NCBI RefSeq assembly: GCF_000181795.1
Contig: NW_003526944.1
Location: 1,900,848 to 1,964,847, forward strand
Reading direction: 5' to 3'
DNA length: 64,000 bases
Source of the DNA: Trichinella spiralis
Lineage: Eukaryota
Both the position numbers and the translations under genes were made by a program. Each line of letters opens with the position of its first letter. Position 1 is the stretch's first letter. The notes under the pieces are model-generated. The model made no database searches. It saw nothing but the letters and a program-made list of their open reading frames with translations, and was not told the origin of the DNA. Of the stretch, positions 25,459-39,897 are shown piece by piece.

Positions 25459-26992
25459 ATATGAATTATTTTTGATTTGTTCTTTCTTTTCTTTCATTTT
25501 CAAAAGCGTTATTTCACTTCGGTTATTTAAAAAATTAAAATTGATGTTCTAATTCTTTGCTGCGTTAATCAAACACTCGGGCCCAAAATGATACTGCAAA
25601 TAGAAAAGCTTCAGAAACTGACTTTTTAAAAATTAATCACTGTCGACTAACCATTTCAAAACGACAGTCAACTTTATCAGGCAACGTCAGCAGTCAACAA
25701 ATTTAAGATAATCAAAACACACATAAAAGCTCAGATTTCAATAAAGTAAATGTTGATAAGAAAAACGAAATTTAAAACAATAAGACGCAATTTAAACAAA
25801 AAATTGAAAACATCGCAGCGTAGAGGATCCGTTTGAATAATGCTGGACAACAATCAAACATTTATTTCAAGTAATAAGTGCTCACGGCTGGATGTTTTCG
25901 AACAGGACTGTTCATCAATATTAAATTCAAGTAATCAATTTTACGATTAGTCTCGAAGAATGTCTTTAAAATAGTTTTAAAACAAAACGCAACTAATTCG
26001 CTTTCAGAGAGAAAAAAGTTAACCTTATAACCACGAAAAACTAATCACAGTATTCAAAGTATAAATAAATGTGGACAAAGACGCACCGAGTCGAACAAAC
26101 ATACGACAATTTAACGAAGAACAATGAAAACAATAACAAAATATTAATCACTTACCCGAGTAGTTGTGCTTTCGAATTGTTGTTAAAAACTCTTAAAAAT
26201 GGACGATTAAAATTCAAACATAAGAACAATTGCCAGTTATATGAGAAAAAACGAGAACAGCACGAGAAAGATCTAAAAAATTGCTTGACGATGTAAATTT
26301 GACGAAAGGTTACGGTACTTCTAGTTATACTTGATTTTCAATTATACTGTTTACCATATTTGTTTATTTACAACAAAATTTGATGAAAAAATTGTTAGCA
26401 GTTTGAAATCAATTTTCTATTTAAAAATAAAAATTAAAATAATAATAACTTGCCTACAATGTTTTTATTTCATTCTTTCAAAACATTCCATTGAGTACTT
26501 GCAGTTCTGTTTCGTAAAATTAATGAAAGAAATAAAACGAAAATTTTGTATTGCAAAAAATCAACTGTAAACATTTACTGATAACACTTTCACACAAATA
26601 AACTTATTACAATGCCCCTATTAAGGAATTTTTCACTTTGTTTTGCTTTTCTAATGATACTCAAACTTACTTTAGAATTAAAATTTTGCAGATACTTTTT
26701 CGATACTATCTAGATTTTTAAATACTTTTTCGATTTTGCAACATAAATTGCGCAAAAGTATTACTAGAAAGAAAGAACTCTTATCGTTGACAATGTACAA
26801 GTCATCACAAATTCAAAGAATTCTAGCTGCGTTATTTTATCACGATAAATATATTTTAAACAAAAATTACTTCAAAACATCTCAAATATTTTTCATAAAT
26901 TAATTTTACGCCATTTATTCACTGTCCAATTAGAAGCCGCCAATAATTCAAAATATTCATCACTAAACTAAGTGTCTGTTGATTAATTAAAT

Positions 26993-27779
<787 letters not shown>

Positions 27780-28491
27780 TTAAGAAGCTTATCAACGACT
27801 TTGCTCCAATCAGCAGTCGACAACGAATATAATTAAGCTACAGTACTACTACAAAAGCAATATAAGTTATTCAGGCAAACTGATAAGTAAATCGATGATT
27901 CATACATAATTTGAAATAATAAACTGTACACGCTTGTAAGTTGCTATTTTTAAGAGAGGAATAACAACACTGCACCCTTCCTGTTAATTTTTAATTATTG
28001 TCAATTAACAGTATTTTGACTATTCGATTAGCTGACTAAATTTAAATTACACAAAAAGTCTTAAAATAAACTGTTTCGAAATATACTAAAGATATAGAAA
28101 AATTTTAAAATTAAAGACATTGAAAATAATATTAACTAAACATTACAAATCCAGATTTCGAACACGAAACGTACTGTGGATAAAACGAAAACATAATGAT
28201 GTTCATTCTCAATGTCACAGTAAGATATTATTTGCTTTAAGATTGAAAATTATTTATTCGTTGTGAATAATTAATTGAAGAGGAATATTTAAATTCGCCT
28301 GTTCAATTCTACAACGTTTTCTTCCATTTGATCATCATCCATAATGAACCAATGAGAAATAATTTTACTGTAAATGAACCTACTTTTTGTTTTACATTCT
28401 CGAACCAATTGTCTCACTTCATTTTGTCGTTAGCGACTAGTGGAGAATACTGCTCGTCAGAAATTTGCTACTTTATTGATTTAACTTCGTC

Positions 28492-29957
28492 ATGTCAGCT
28501 GCTGACAACACAAAAGAGGTACAGCCCGCTATTCATTGGAACGATCTCCAAATGCATTATCATTATTATTATTATTATTCTGTTGATAATTTTCAGCATG
28601 ATGTACCGTCAGATAAGGACAACGTCGAAAATGGTAAACTGACGTCCAAGCATGATGATCCAACAACACCTATGGAACAAGATGCAGCAGCGATTGATAA
28701 TTGCGAAGAGCCACTGCTGCGCAGCAATCCGAAACGTTTCGTCCTCCTCCCTTTGGAATATCCGGACATCTGGGCAATGTACAAAAAAGCCGAAGCATCC
28801 TTTTGGACAGTGGAAGAGGTTGGCGATGAGTTGGTTTATTTTACAATTGTGCAATGATTATATTGTTAATTTGCCAGGTTGATCTGCGTAAAGATGCCAA
28901 CGACTGGGCAAAGTTGAACAAAGACGAAAAGCACTTTATCAGTCATGTGTTGGCATTTTTCGCCGCTTCGGATGGAATTGTTTTTGAAAATCTGGTAGAC
29001 CAATTTTTCACTTGCCAAATAGCAGCAACAACAAAATGAGCAAAACCCGTTTTCACTATTTCCAGGTGGAGCGATTTTCGCAAGAAATTCAAGTAACCGA
29101 GGCACGTTTTTTCTATGGCTTCCAAATTGCCATAGAAAATGTCCATTCCGAAATGTACAGCCTCTTGATCGACACCTACATCCGTGATCCGGTGGAACGT
29201 GATTTTCTGTTCAACGCGATCGAGACCATTCCGTGCGTGAAGAAAAAAGCAGACTGGGCTTTGCGCTGGATCGGTGACCGTCAGTCGCCATTTTGCGAAC
29301 GTTTGGTCGCGTTCGCAGCTGTTGAAGGCATTTTCTTTTCCGGCAGCTTCGCGTCAATTTTCTGGTTGAAAAAGCGCGGCCTGATGCCCGGTTTGACGTT
29401 CAGCAACGAGCTGATCTCTCGTGACGAGGTCTGTAATAGGAGGAAAGGGGGGGGGGTGTAAATTTTCAAAATTTACAGTACTTTGTGAAAGGCAGGTTTT
29501 ATTTTTTTTCTATTTTGTACTGTAGGGATTGCACTGCGATTTCGCTTGTTTGCTTTATTCGCATTTGAAAAAGAAACCAACCGAAGATCGAGTGCGTCAA
29601 ATTATCACCGAAGCGGTCAGCATTGAACAAGAATTTCTGACCGACGCGTTGCCGGTACGTTTGATTGGCATGAACTGTGTTCTGATGTCTCAGTACATTG
29701 AATACGTTGCCGATCGTCTTCTGGTTGAGCTCGGCTGTTCCAAAGTATACATGTTGTTTGCAGGCAGTTTTTCATCTCCTATGAAAGCAGTTGTTCATTT
29801 TCAGGTGTACAACAGTGAAAATCCGTTCGACTTTATGGAAATGATTTCGCTGGAAGGTAAAACGAACTTTTTCGAAAAACGCGTCGGCGAATACCAGAAA
29901 GCGGGAGTGATGGCCGATCGTAGTCAACAAGTATTCACGTTGGATGCGGAATTTTGA
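28492..29957 (+). CDS. rnr-2: Ribonucleoside-diphosphate reductase small subunit (class Ia R2)
   Basis: Exons 28492-28518, 28597-28818, 28878-28994, 29066-29428, 29526-29744, 29805-29957. Motifs [72 protein letters not shown]. Confidence 0.96.
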
Positions 29958-31391
29958 AGCGTCCAGACCAATCGGGAAAAAGAGTCGTGATAAATTTGGG
30001 CAAACGATCAGAATGGTGTTGTTGATTCGTTGGGTTTCATTTTCAATCTTCTCATAATTTCGTTGGGTGTTTTCTAAAAGAAAAAAAAATATATATCAAA
30101 TCAGACTGGAAATTGGTGAAAATAAATGTAATTTTACAATTTGACGTTTCGCGTTTCTTCTTTTCGGTCACTGAAATATTGAACACATCATCATATGTAC
30201 AAATAAGCGGCAGCAGTAGTACTTTTTGGTTGGTTCAGTCTTCAGTATCAGCAGTTTATTTGATGATCAGAAAAATGAATGAATGAATGAATGATGAAAC
30301 GAAATAAGAAAACGAAGCGGTATGATGAATAGCAAATTTAATAATAGCATAGTCGAACAGGTCGAATGATCAAATTTTCTCATTTAAATGAATAATAAGA
30401 ATAAGAATAATAATAATGACAATGTATACAAAAATTGAATTCAATTTCAATGACAAGCGAACAAGAAAAAGAATGAAAGTGAGAGAGAGAGAGAGAGTGA
30501 ATGAACAAATAACTCGCGGCCAACGTAAAGAAAATAAAAGAAAAAACACGTACCACAGCTGCAACTACTAATTAATTAATTAATTAATTATTCACTTTTT
30601 ATTTTTCAGCAGTTTGTACGCTTTGTTTTTAAATATAGCTTTGGCACAGGATTTTATTTCGTCGTCGTCAGCGAACCGCTTTTTTTTTCTTCAACCAAAA
30701 AAAGAACCGAGGAATGAACGAACGCGTGCGTCAGATGGCAAAAGGGTGGAGGATGGAAAGCAAAGGAAAAAAAATGCATAATTAATGAATTAATTGAATA
30801 ACCGCTTTTGAAGAAAAATGTTAATCACAGCCGACAGACAAATAAATGACAACGATGATGAAGATGTAAAAAAACAAATAAATAACGGTCAATGATGATG
30901 AATTACAAATGAAAGAATTATAATGTTAAAAATTGAAAGAAAACAAACAGTAAAGCTTAACCAGAAGAAGAAGAAGAAGAAGAAGAATATCAAACATATT
31001 CTCTCATGTATAATAATAATAGTAATAATAATAATATATCATCTTCTGTGTTATTTTGTAGAATTTTCTCAGAACAGCAAAAGCACTGCTGTTACGACAG
31101 TTGCAGTTGCAGGACGGAATTGAATAAAGTGAAAAAGAGAAAAATGAAAAATAAATAAGCTACAACCGGCTTGTGGAAAACAATAACAACAACAACAAAA
31201 CAACAATAACGACACAAGCAGCGAAATCACCGTTGCTTTAGCTATTGGTTTGTTTGTTTGTTTGTTTATTTGTTGTTTACTTGGGTTTTTTAGTGGGTGT
31301 GTGTGTGTGTGTTTGCTTGCTTGTTTGCTGTTGATTGCTTTTTTCACCGACGACCTATCACCAACGTCAACAACAAAAAATTTTCCCAAGT

Positions 31392-34283
31392 TCAGATCTT
31401 GATGAATCGTTCAATGCCACAGGCTAAAGCGATCGTCAGAGCAGTGAAGGCGAACAGAATTACAAATGCACACTGCGCATCGGTAAGTTTCGCCGAAAAT
31501 ATTCCAAACATTGTTCGCGCTTTCGCGCTTTCTTCCACTACAGTCTCCGTAGTCTGGACAACGCTAAATCGAAACAAACAAACAAACAAACAAATAAATA
31601 AATAAACAAATAACATTTATCATCTGTACCGCTTTTTCACAGGAACCGCAAGAGTTGTGAAAGTGACCGACGCCGCCGGTCCAGGCACTTCGAGCCCGTC
31701 AACGTTGCAAATGCGAATTGGAATTATTTTCACTTGATACTGCGTTCCGGGAATTAGATTGCTAAACTTATGACTGTTGATCGGAAACGGATAAACCTGA
31801 AATGCAAAATTCCAATGCACAAAAATGAGCCATTTTATTTTCTATTTGCATGATAAAAACAAACAAACAAACAAACAGAATTACCACTTTCACTTCCGGT
31901 ACAGCTGGCAAACGAGCAACGGGATTCAAGGATACCTGGTAAGCTAGCTTGTCACCGTCGGCAAAATTCGGTTTACAAGCAGGCCAATCGACAGTCGCAC
32001 CTGTTTCACCAACATCCGTCACACGAACCTGATCTACAAACAAACAAACAAACAAACAAACAAGTTGCAACTCAGGCTTCCAGCTATTCCAACTGAGTGG
32101 TAGTTTTACTTTTGAAAGGGGGCGGTGCCATGCGTAGAGTTTTAAAGTGAAACGGCTCGGACCAGGGACCAGCACCGCCAACGCGACTGACACTCCTTGC
32201 GCGGAACTTGTAAACTGTACATTCGGTCAAGCGTGTGACTTTGCAGTTGGCCGACGAGCCTTCGTATACCGGTGAAAAGGTTCCATTTTTGTTCTCAATT
32301 TCCAAATTGTAAACTACCGTATCGTTAACCAAGTTGACCAAATCAGAAGAGCCAGATCGACGGTCGGTCCAGCGAAGCTTCAGCTGGTTGTACGTGGCGC
32401 TGGCCAGTTCCACATACGGAGGAAGCGGAGGCGGTGACAACGTGACCACACGTACAGCCGGCGAGTAGGAGCTAGCTCCGCATTCGTTGAAAGCTTGCAC
32501 TCGAACCCTGCATGTATACATACAACAGAAGGGGAAAAGAAAAAGTTAATTACAAAATGATCTCAGATAATTTTCCACATTTTATATGGTAATTAATTTG
32601 GAAGAAATTTTCAGATCCAACATGTCAAACAGTTGTGCAATCAATGTTTCCCCCCCCCCCCAGGGGATTGCCAAGAAAGAGAACAAATTAAATAACACCA
32701 AACCAAAACAACCCTTCAAGCATCTGTTCAAAAATTAGGAAAATTAAAATTCCAAAATACTGCTCTCCTTGAACATGTGTACACTTTGAATAAAAAAAAA
32801 ATATTACCTGTATGCTGTTTCCGGCAACAGCGATCCCACAGTGTGGTAGAACGAATCGGCAGGCAATGGGACAGGAATCGTCAAGCCAGACGGGGCTGGA
32901 GCAATTTCCAAATTGAAACCGAGCACCGGTCGTCCGTGGCAATTTGGCATTTCCCACGTTACGGCGATCTGATGAAATTGAAAACAGAAATTAAACTAAC
33001 TTAGCCAGCCGACCGACAACTTCTCACCTCAGAAACCGACAAAGCTTCGGCGGTGACGTTAAACGGATAATCCGGAGGACCTGGCTTGGTTCGAATCAAT
33101 ACTTGGCCAGACGGTGCCGACGCACCGATCCCATTCACAGCCTGAATAGACAGACGACGTGTAAGAAATTTTGAATAATCAATACAAATAGAATGCAATT
33201 AGTACTTGGACGCAGAACGAATATTCAGTGTCGGCTTCCAACGAACGAAGCTCGTAGTTGAGTACGTTGCCGCAGGAGATGGACTGAAATGGGATAAATT
33301 CGGAAGATGTTGTTTCATCGCTGCACGTTCTCGCACGACGATCGTCTTCGTCGTGTGAACCGCTGCTCAACCAACTGCGGGTAGATTCCGAAGAACGACG
33401 ACGCCTCGAATTCGTCTGCTGCTTTGACGACGACGACGATGAAGCTGAAGCTGCTGCAACCGGCATTTCTCTGCAATATTACTTATTTAAAACATTTGGC
33501 AATCAATAATATTCAGAACACACAACAACAACAACAACTTCCTGAGAACAAACAACATGCACAAATAAATAAATAAATAAATAAATAAATAAATATACGA
33601 TAATTACAGTGCTAATAATGAATAATTAATCCACTGATTGCACAACAGAAATTGCACATACCCCGACGACGATTGACGAGCACAGTGAAGTCGATATTGA
33701 ATTACTGGCGATCCGTTGTTGGAATTCGGAGCCTGCCAAGTTAGACTGACCGAATCCGACGTGCAACGTTCCAGACGAAGCTGTTGAGGTGGTTCGGGAG
33801 CAGCGAGCGCCGTCTGGCATATCAAAGCGTCCGACCAGGGTCCGTGGCCGGCACTGTTGCAAGCACGAACGCGCAGCTGGTAACGACGACCGGGATACAG
33901 CGCCTGCACCGTGTACTCGGTCTTCGGGCCCACGTAGACCAACTTCGGCTGAAATTCCACAACCCGCTGCTGCTGTCGATGTTGTTCTTCATTGTCATCA
34001 TTCGGCTCGTTCAAATCCAACTCGAGCTCGTAGTCGACGGCAACGCAGCCGCCGCCACTGCTGTTGTTGTTGCTGCTGCCGTCGGGTCCGGCGTTCGTGT
34101 TGGCAACAGTCTCGTTGGTCTTATCGGTCACATTGCACGCTGCTGGCCATTTCAAGTGGATACTGGTCGCTTTCGGTTTGCCGACCACAAACGGTGGTCG
34201 CATCTGACCCGGAGCAACTGGCAAAGTATTGAACAGCAATTCATCGGAAAACTACACACAACCACAAGAAAAGAAAGAAATGA

Positions 34284-34346
<63 letters not shown>

Positions 34347-37300
34347 AAATAAAATTAACTGTTCAGTTCAACACGAACGACAACAACAACTTACCAAACT
34401 ACTGTCTCCAGTTTCTGAGATGTACTTCACACGACAACTGTACGTTAAACCCGGATGCAAGTTGGTCAACAAACACTGGCGCTCAGGACCCGTATAAGCA
34501 ACGTACCATTGTTGTTGTTGCTGTTGTTGTTGTATTTGCTGTTGGTGCTGCTGGTGCTTTTGCGCCCTGTCCGTATCCAAGTGACCACATCGGCGCCACT
34601 CGACCGTGTACTCCACCGCACCCAGTTCCCCCTCCGGCAGTTGCCACGTGACACGTGCTTCACTGGTACTGGGCGTGCCGAGCAACGTCGGCGCCTGCAA
34701 GCGCAAAGGACGCACCGGCAACGTACTGTAGACCACCTCGTTCGAAAAAGGACTCTGGCCGTCTTCGTTCAACACGCAAATACGCAGCCGATATTCGGTG
34801 CTGCGTTTCAAGTTTGTCAGCGTATATCGACTGTCCGACGTTGTCCAGACGCGCTGAAATCCCGCATCCTAAACGCACAGCATTGGTGGAAAGGAAATTT
34901 TGAAATTGCGCGCACAAATTGCCCACCGCTTCTGCATCAGTGACGTAGAGTTCAATTTGATCGGTATCTTTTTTCGCCCAAGTCAACTTCAGGCTGCTTT
35001 TGGTCGCTTCAAGCAACGCAGGCGGGTCAGGTTTTGCCGGCGGTATGCCGCAGGTGGTTGTTGTGCACAGATCGCTGTAATCGCTGAAATGAAATTTATG
35101 TATACACATGAGAACAACAATATATTGAAGATGAAGAAGAAAAATTCGTCGCCTTTTTTTCTTCCTTTTACTACATACCTAATGCCGTGGTAATTAGCGG
35201 CCGCCAAACGAAACGAATACCCAGAAGAAGAGTTCAGCCTGCCAATGCGAGCTTGCTTTGCCAGTCCAGTGTACACTTCGTGAAACTGACCGTCACCGTC
35301 GTCCATTTCCAAATGATAGCTGGTAATTTTCGAGCCGTTGTCCATTGGAGAAGTCCATCGCAGCGTGATGGCGGTTCGAGCTCGGTGGAATACCCGCGGC
35401 GGTAGTGGCTTTTCAGGATGGGTCGGTTTCGTTCGGAAATTGACCGGCTCTGTCAACTCGCCGTGCAATCCTCGCTCTTCCAGAATCGCTTTCAATCTTA
35501 AATGGAATTTCCATTAATCCACACCGACAATACATGATTAATAAAAATTTCACACCTGAGAAAATATTCCGTGCCTGGTTTCAGGCCAAAAAGCCACTGT
35601 TCCGTCTGACCGCCGCAACAACGACCGGTCCACGAGCATTTTCCGTCATGTCGCTTTTCCCAAAGCAACACTTCAAAAGTGAACTCGGATGCGTCGATTT
35701 GAGGAAACGGACCGCCGCTGGCCCCAGCTTCGGAACAATCCGGACACTGCCAACGAACCAACGCTTCACGTACGCCAACTTCGCATACTTCGGGTGGTTG
35801 AATTTTCGACAACATTTCCACAATTTTCGTCATCTCCTCATCTTCGATGCACACAGTGGGATCTTCGATCGGTTCCAGATAATAATATTCCGGCTCGTCG
35901 TGTCGGTACCCTATTTTAGTTGAAAAGAAACAACCATGCAACATACAGTATACAAATATATACACAGTGGGTGTAGGAAGAGAAAAAAAAGTGCAAAATG
36001 GAATTGCAAATAAATTTCTCACCTGGATAAAAGTCGTGATAATGGGCTGAATGAAAAGGCTGATTATTATTATTATTATTATAGCGTCGTCGGTCCATGC
36101 GATGATGCATTCGATTTTTCGAACCTCGTTCTGCTGAACCGTGGCGATACAATTCTAAATAAATAATTTATTCAACGTAAAAATTTACAATTAAAATAAT
36201 TCAAAAAGAAAAAAAAACAAATTACTATCTCCGGGCATAGTGGACGGCGAACAGGCAGGATAAATATCACCGTGTAGTGGATAAAACGCCGCTGAGCTGG
36301 CCGCAGAATTACCATCCATTCTCACCGGTCCAGCGGGTAAGCGAACTGTCGATCCAGTTCCATTGGCACCGAAGGGGATGTACTGCATGCCACCGCCGGC
36401 AGCGGGACCAGAAACTACATGGCGAGAAGATGCAGCGCCCAAGCAAGGATACGGATGTCCAGCCGGCATCGGCGGATGTGGATTTTGCGGCGAAAGGATC
36501 ACGTGACGTAAGGCACCATTTTCGTCAACAATTTGTTGAACCAAATGACCCGGTGGAACATTCATCGGAAGCGGCAACGGTGGATTCTGATCACTAACCA
36601 TACGTACAGTTGCGGGCCCTAAAAATAGTCCAACAAAAAGTAAAACGCGTCCCTAGTGTCGTGGTTGAATCAGCCAGTCATTTTTCACAGTTTGAGCCAA
36701 AAAAGTCCAAAAATGCATATTTCTTTCCATCTCAAACAAAATTAAACTAGCACGTAAAACCCAACATTCAGTATAAACATAAATCTGGAGCATTAACAGA
36801 AAAAAAGATGAATAATAAAAATACAGCAAACTGAAATACTGTATAAAAGTCATAAATCATCGAAAGAAAAAGTAGGACAATTTTTGCATTGAATAACAAC
36901 AGAGCTCAAACTTACATATGTATTTATGAATATGTACTGAGAATAAAACAAAAAAATTTTCAAACCAATTAATGTACAAAAAACCAGAAGCTAAATTATT
37001 TTCATAAAAACAAATAAATAAATATTGTACAGTATTGAGAAATAATCATATTTGAAATGAACCCGTGAATGAAAAAATTTGAACAAAAGGAAATAATATC
37101 TCGTAAAAAAGAAAAAAAATAAGCTGAAACCAACCATCATCATCATTCATCACATCATCCAGTTTGGTCATTATTTGCCCGACAATGAATAATTGTGAAT
37201 GAATGAAAGAAAGAATGAATGAATATGTCAACTGCTGCTTTGACAAACAGTGCATCTCAGTGGTTATAGGAAAAAATTATTAATCATCCCTTTCTTAGTG

Positions 37301-39572
37301 AAGCTGAAATAAATTTCTTTGAACGTGACATCGAAAAGTATGTGAATGAAATGAACGACGAACGTGTTGTCTGTTTGTTCATTGCGCATTAGAAGAAGAA
37401 GAAGAAGAAGAAACAAATTCTAAAATTAATTTCTCTTCCTAATACAAAACTCACAAATGTTCACCATTACTGGATGTGCAAAAAAAGTTGTCCAAACACT
37501 TACAAATCCAAATATATATACAACATGCACAATAAAAATACGATGATCTGCCTCGGAAAAGTTTAACTCAATTGCAAAAAAAATTCGCATGTTACATCTT
37601 CTTCGCTCGAGCATTTGCAAAACATTCGTGAATGCAGTTTCAAAATTGCAATACCCCTATCCCTCCTGTCGAATGACAAAAAAAAATAATTTACGTAATC
37701 AATGCTCATCGCCAACGATCAATCATCTCGATTCCATCTAGTGAAGAGAGAAAGAGAGAGTGAGATACTGCGTTTGAATAGCAAATAAAAAAGAAATAAA
37801 AAAAACGAATGAAAAATATCAGCAGTGCACACAGCAAAAACTTTTCTCAGAGATTGGTCAGCTGCAGAGGGCAGTTGAAAAAATAAATTTTCCCCTTAAT
37901 TTATTAAAAGACGCTTTGTTGCAAAATGTTGAAGTTTCAAGGATAGAAAAACAATATTTTATGGATTTTTTTCCAAAAAAAAAACTTATCCTCTTCTGCT
38001 GCACAGAGATGCTTGCAGAAATATTGAAATTTACACTACTCACTCACCAGGTATGTGTTGAACTTCATTACCAAGACGAAGGGACAACGTCTGGCCGGGA
38101 TTGACGTGCACGTAGATGGGATTCGGACCAACCGGCGTGAAACTTTTGTTCAACAACGCAGTTGCACTTGTCACGGCAGCAACACTTGATGCCGTGGTTC
38201 CACTATTGTTGCTGTTGCTCATGTCTTCATTGTTGCTTACTGTAGTTGCTGTAGTGGCGTCGTTGACACTGCTTCTGCTGCTGATACTGGCACCGTCATT
38301 AACGTCGTGTGTTTTGCTTTTCACAGCAAGGCTAGCAGCTGTAGATGCCGCCGGTGTTGCAGCAGTCAAAGTGGAGGCCGGCTCCGCAATTTTTTCGTCA
38401 GCGCAAGCTGACAAGCCAACCGTCGTCGAATTTTGCAATGGTTCATCTCCATGCGTGCAATGGTTCTGCTTTTCCTCTTCCGACGAAATGACAACACTTC
38501 GGTTTTCTTCTTCCCTTTCGTCGGACGTGACTTGAGACTGCTGTTGCGGCAAAAGTTCGTGGTCAGTGAATTGTGCATCCACCGCTGTTGGATCATCCGT
38601 GAGACAATTCGTCAACTGTTCACTGGTGTCGTCAGTTTTGGAAGAATTCTGGGACGTGGACAAACTACTAGCTGCGACACCACTGTCGACAGTGTCGACC
38701 GTATCGTTACACGGTTGATTAGCGCTGTCGTCGGTGGTTGCAATTGTTGAGCCCGAAACCGGTGAACATGGAAATTCACTGCCAATAATACCGTTCTCGT
38801 CATCTTCGGTATTATCATTGCTGTCGCGCAAATCGGTCGGTACTAGATCGACATTACTGCCGTTGGCACCAGTATCGTTCAACAACACGTAAGAGTCGAA
38901 ATCCGGCGAAGCCGGTATGCTCGAATCGATCATCACCGGTGAACCGCTTTGATTGGAACAAGAGAAATAACTTCCGGCAACCTGAGATGGATGATGATGC
39001 TGCTGCTCGACAATTGACAAGCCCATCGTGGGCGCCGGTGCCGCAGCAGTCAGCGGCGCGGCCGTGAGCAACAGTTCTTCGTCAGCCAACGCGGGAACAA
39101 CGTGGTGGTGGTTCACTGCGTCCACCGCACCTGCGAACGGCAACGGCCCAGTCGCCGTCGCTACCATGCCACCACCACCGTCACAGCCGTAAGCAACGTC
39201 GATGCACTTGGCGGTCTGCTGAGGGTAAAATTGCTGCTGTTGGTGCAGGTGATGATGATGATGGTGGTGGTGGTGGTGGTGGTGGTGTGGATGTTGGTGG
39301 GAAAGCGGTAGCTGGTGGTGATGATTCAGAAAAGACGATGCCCACGACGGTACCAAATTAAAGCAGTAAGAAGGATCCGGCGGCTTCATGCCGGGCATGA
39401 AGAGAAGCTGGGGCTGCGCAGGTTCGACGGTGGCAATCCACCGCGAACCGATCGCGTCACCGCCGTCCGTATCGGTAGAGGTGGCCAGAGAAGCCGGCTC
39501 GTCGCCCGGCGGCTCAGACAGGTCCTCTTCCCCATTCATCAAGGTACCACCGTTAAGCAAAGATGACGACAT
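31392..39572 (-). CDS. FNDC3: Fibronectin type III domain-containing protein 3 (FNDC3A/B, mtgo-like), about 9 FN3 repeats and a C-terminal transmembrane anchor
   Basis: The FNDC3 N-terminal motif VHVNPGQT...IPGPATVRMVS...NVPPGHLVQQIVDENG.LRHVILSP spans the 38048/36618 splice junction. Successive FN3 exons lie at ~35900-31640 (e.g. WTSPMDNGSKITSYHLEMD, LYPGRRYQLRVRACNSAGHGPWS). The hydrophobic tail AFVILFAFTALTIALACG precedes the stop at 31392. The start codon is uncertain. Confidence 0.88.
34284..34343. repeat. (TTA)n microsatellite in an FNDC3 intron
   Basis: About 20 perfect TTA units. Confidence 0.9.
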
Positions 39573-39841
39573 GACCGTCTCGACTATTGCTACTACCAAT
39601 TCGCAGCTCTGAAGTTGGTGTCGACGGCGGATCCTTGGCGGCACCAAACAGCATTACCAAGGAAATGACAAGAATTCACCGAAACAAAACACTGTGCTGT
39701 TTGTTCAACGACTGATGGTGAATTTTCCCAATAATAGTAATAATAATAATATTAAATACTGACTGCCTTGTTCGCTGTTGCTACTGCGATTCCACTTTGT
39801 CTTCTTCTTCTTCTTCTTGCTATTATTGGCTTCTTATTCTT

Positions 39842-39855
39842 CTGCTGCTTGCTGC

Positions 39856-39896
<41 letters not shown>

Positions 39897-39897
39897 C
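39842..39897. repeat. (CTG/CAG)n trinucleotide repeat in the likely FNDC3 5' UTR
   Basis: Interrupted CTG run just inside a minus-strand TTTCAG acceptor at 39900-39901. Confidence 0.8.

Noticed and set aside
33784..34943. Long plus-strand ORFs including poly-Leu
   Set aside because: Antisense to FNDC3 exons and read through TTA/CTG microsatellites.
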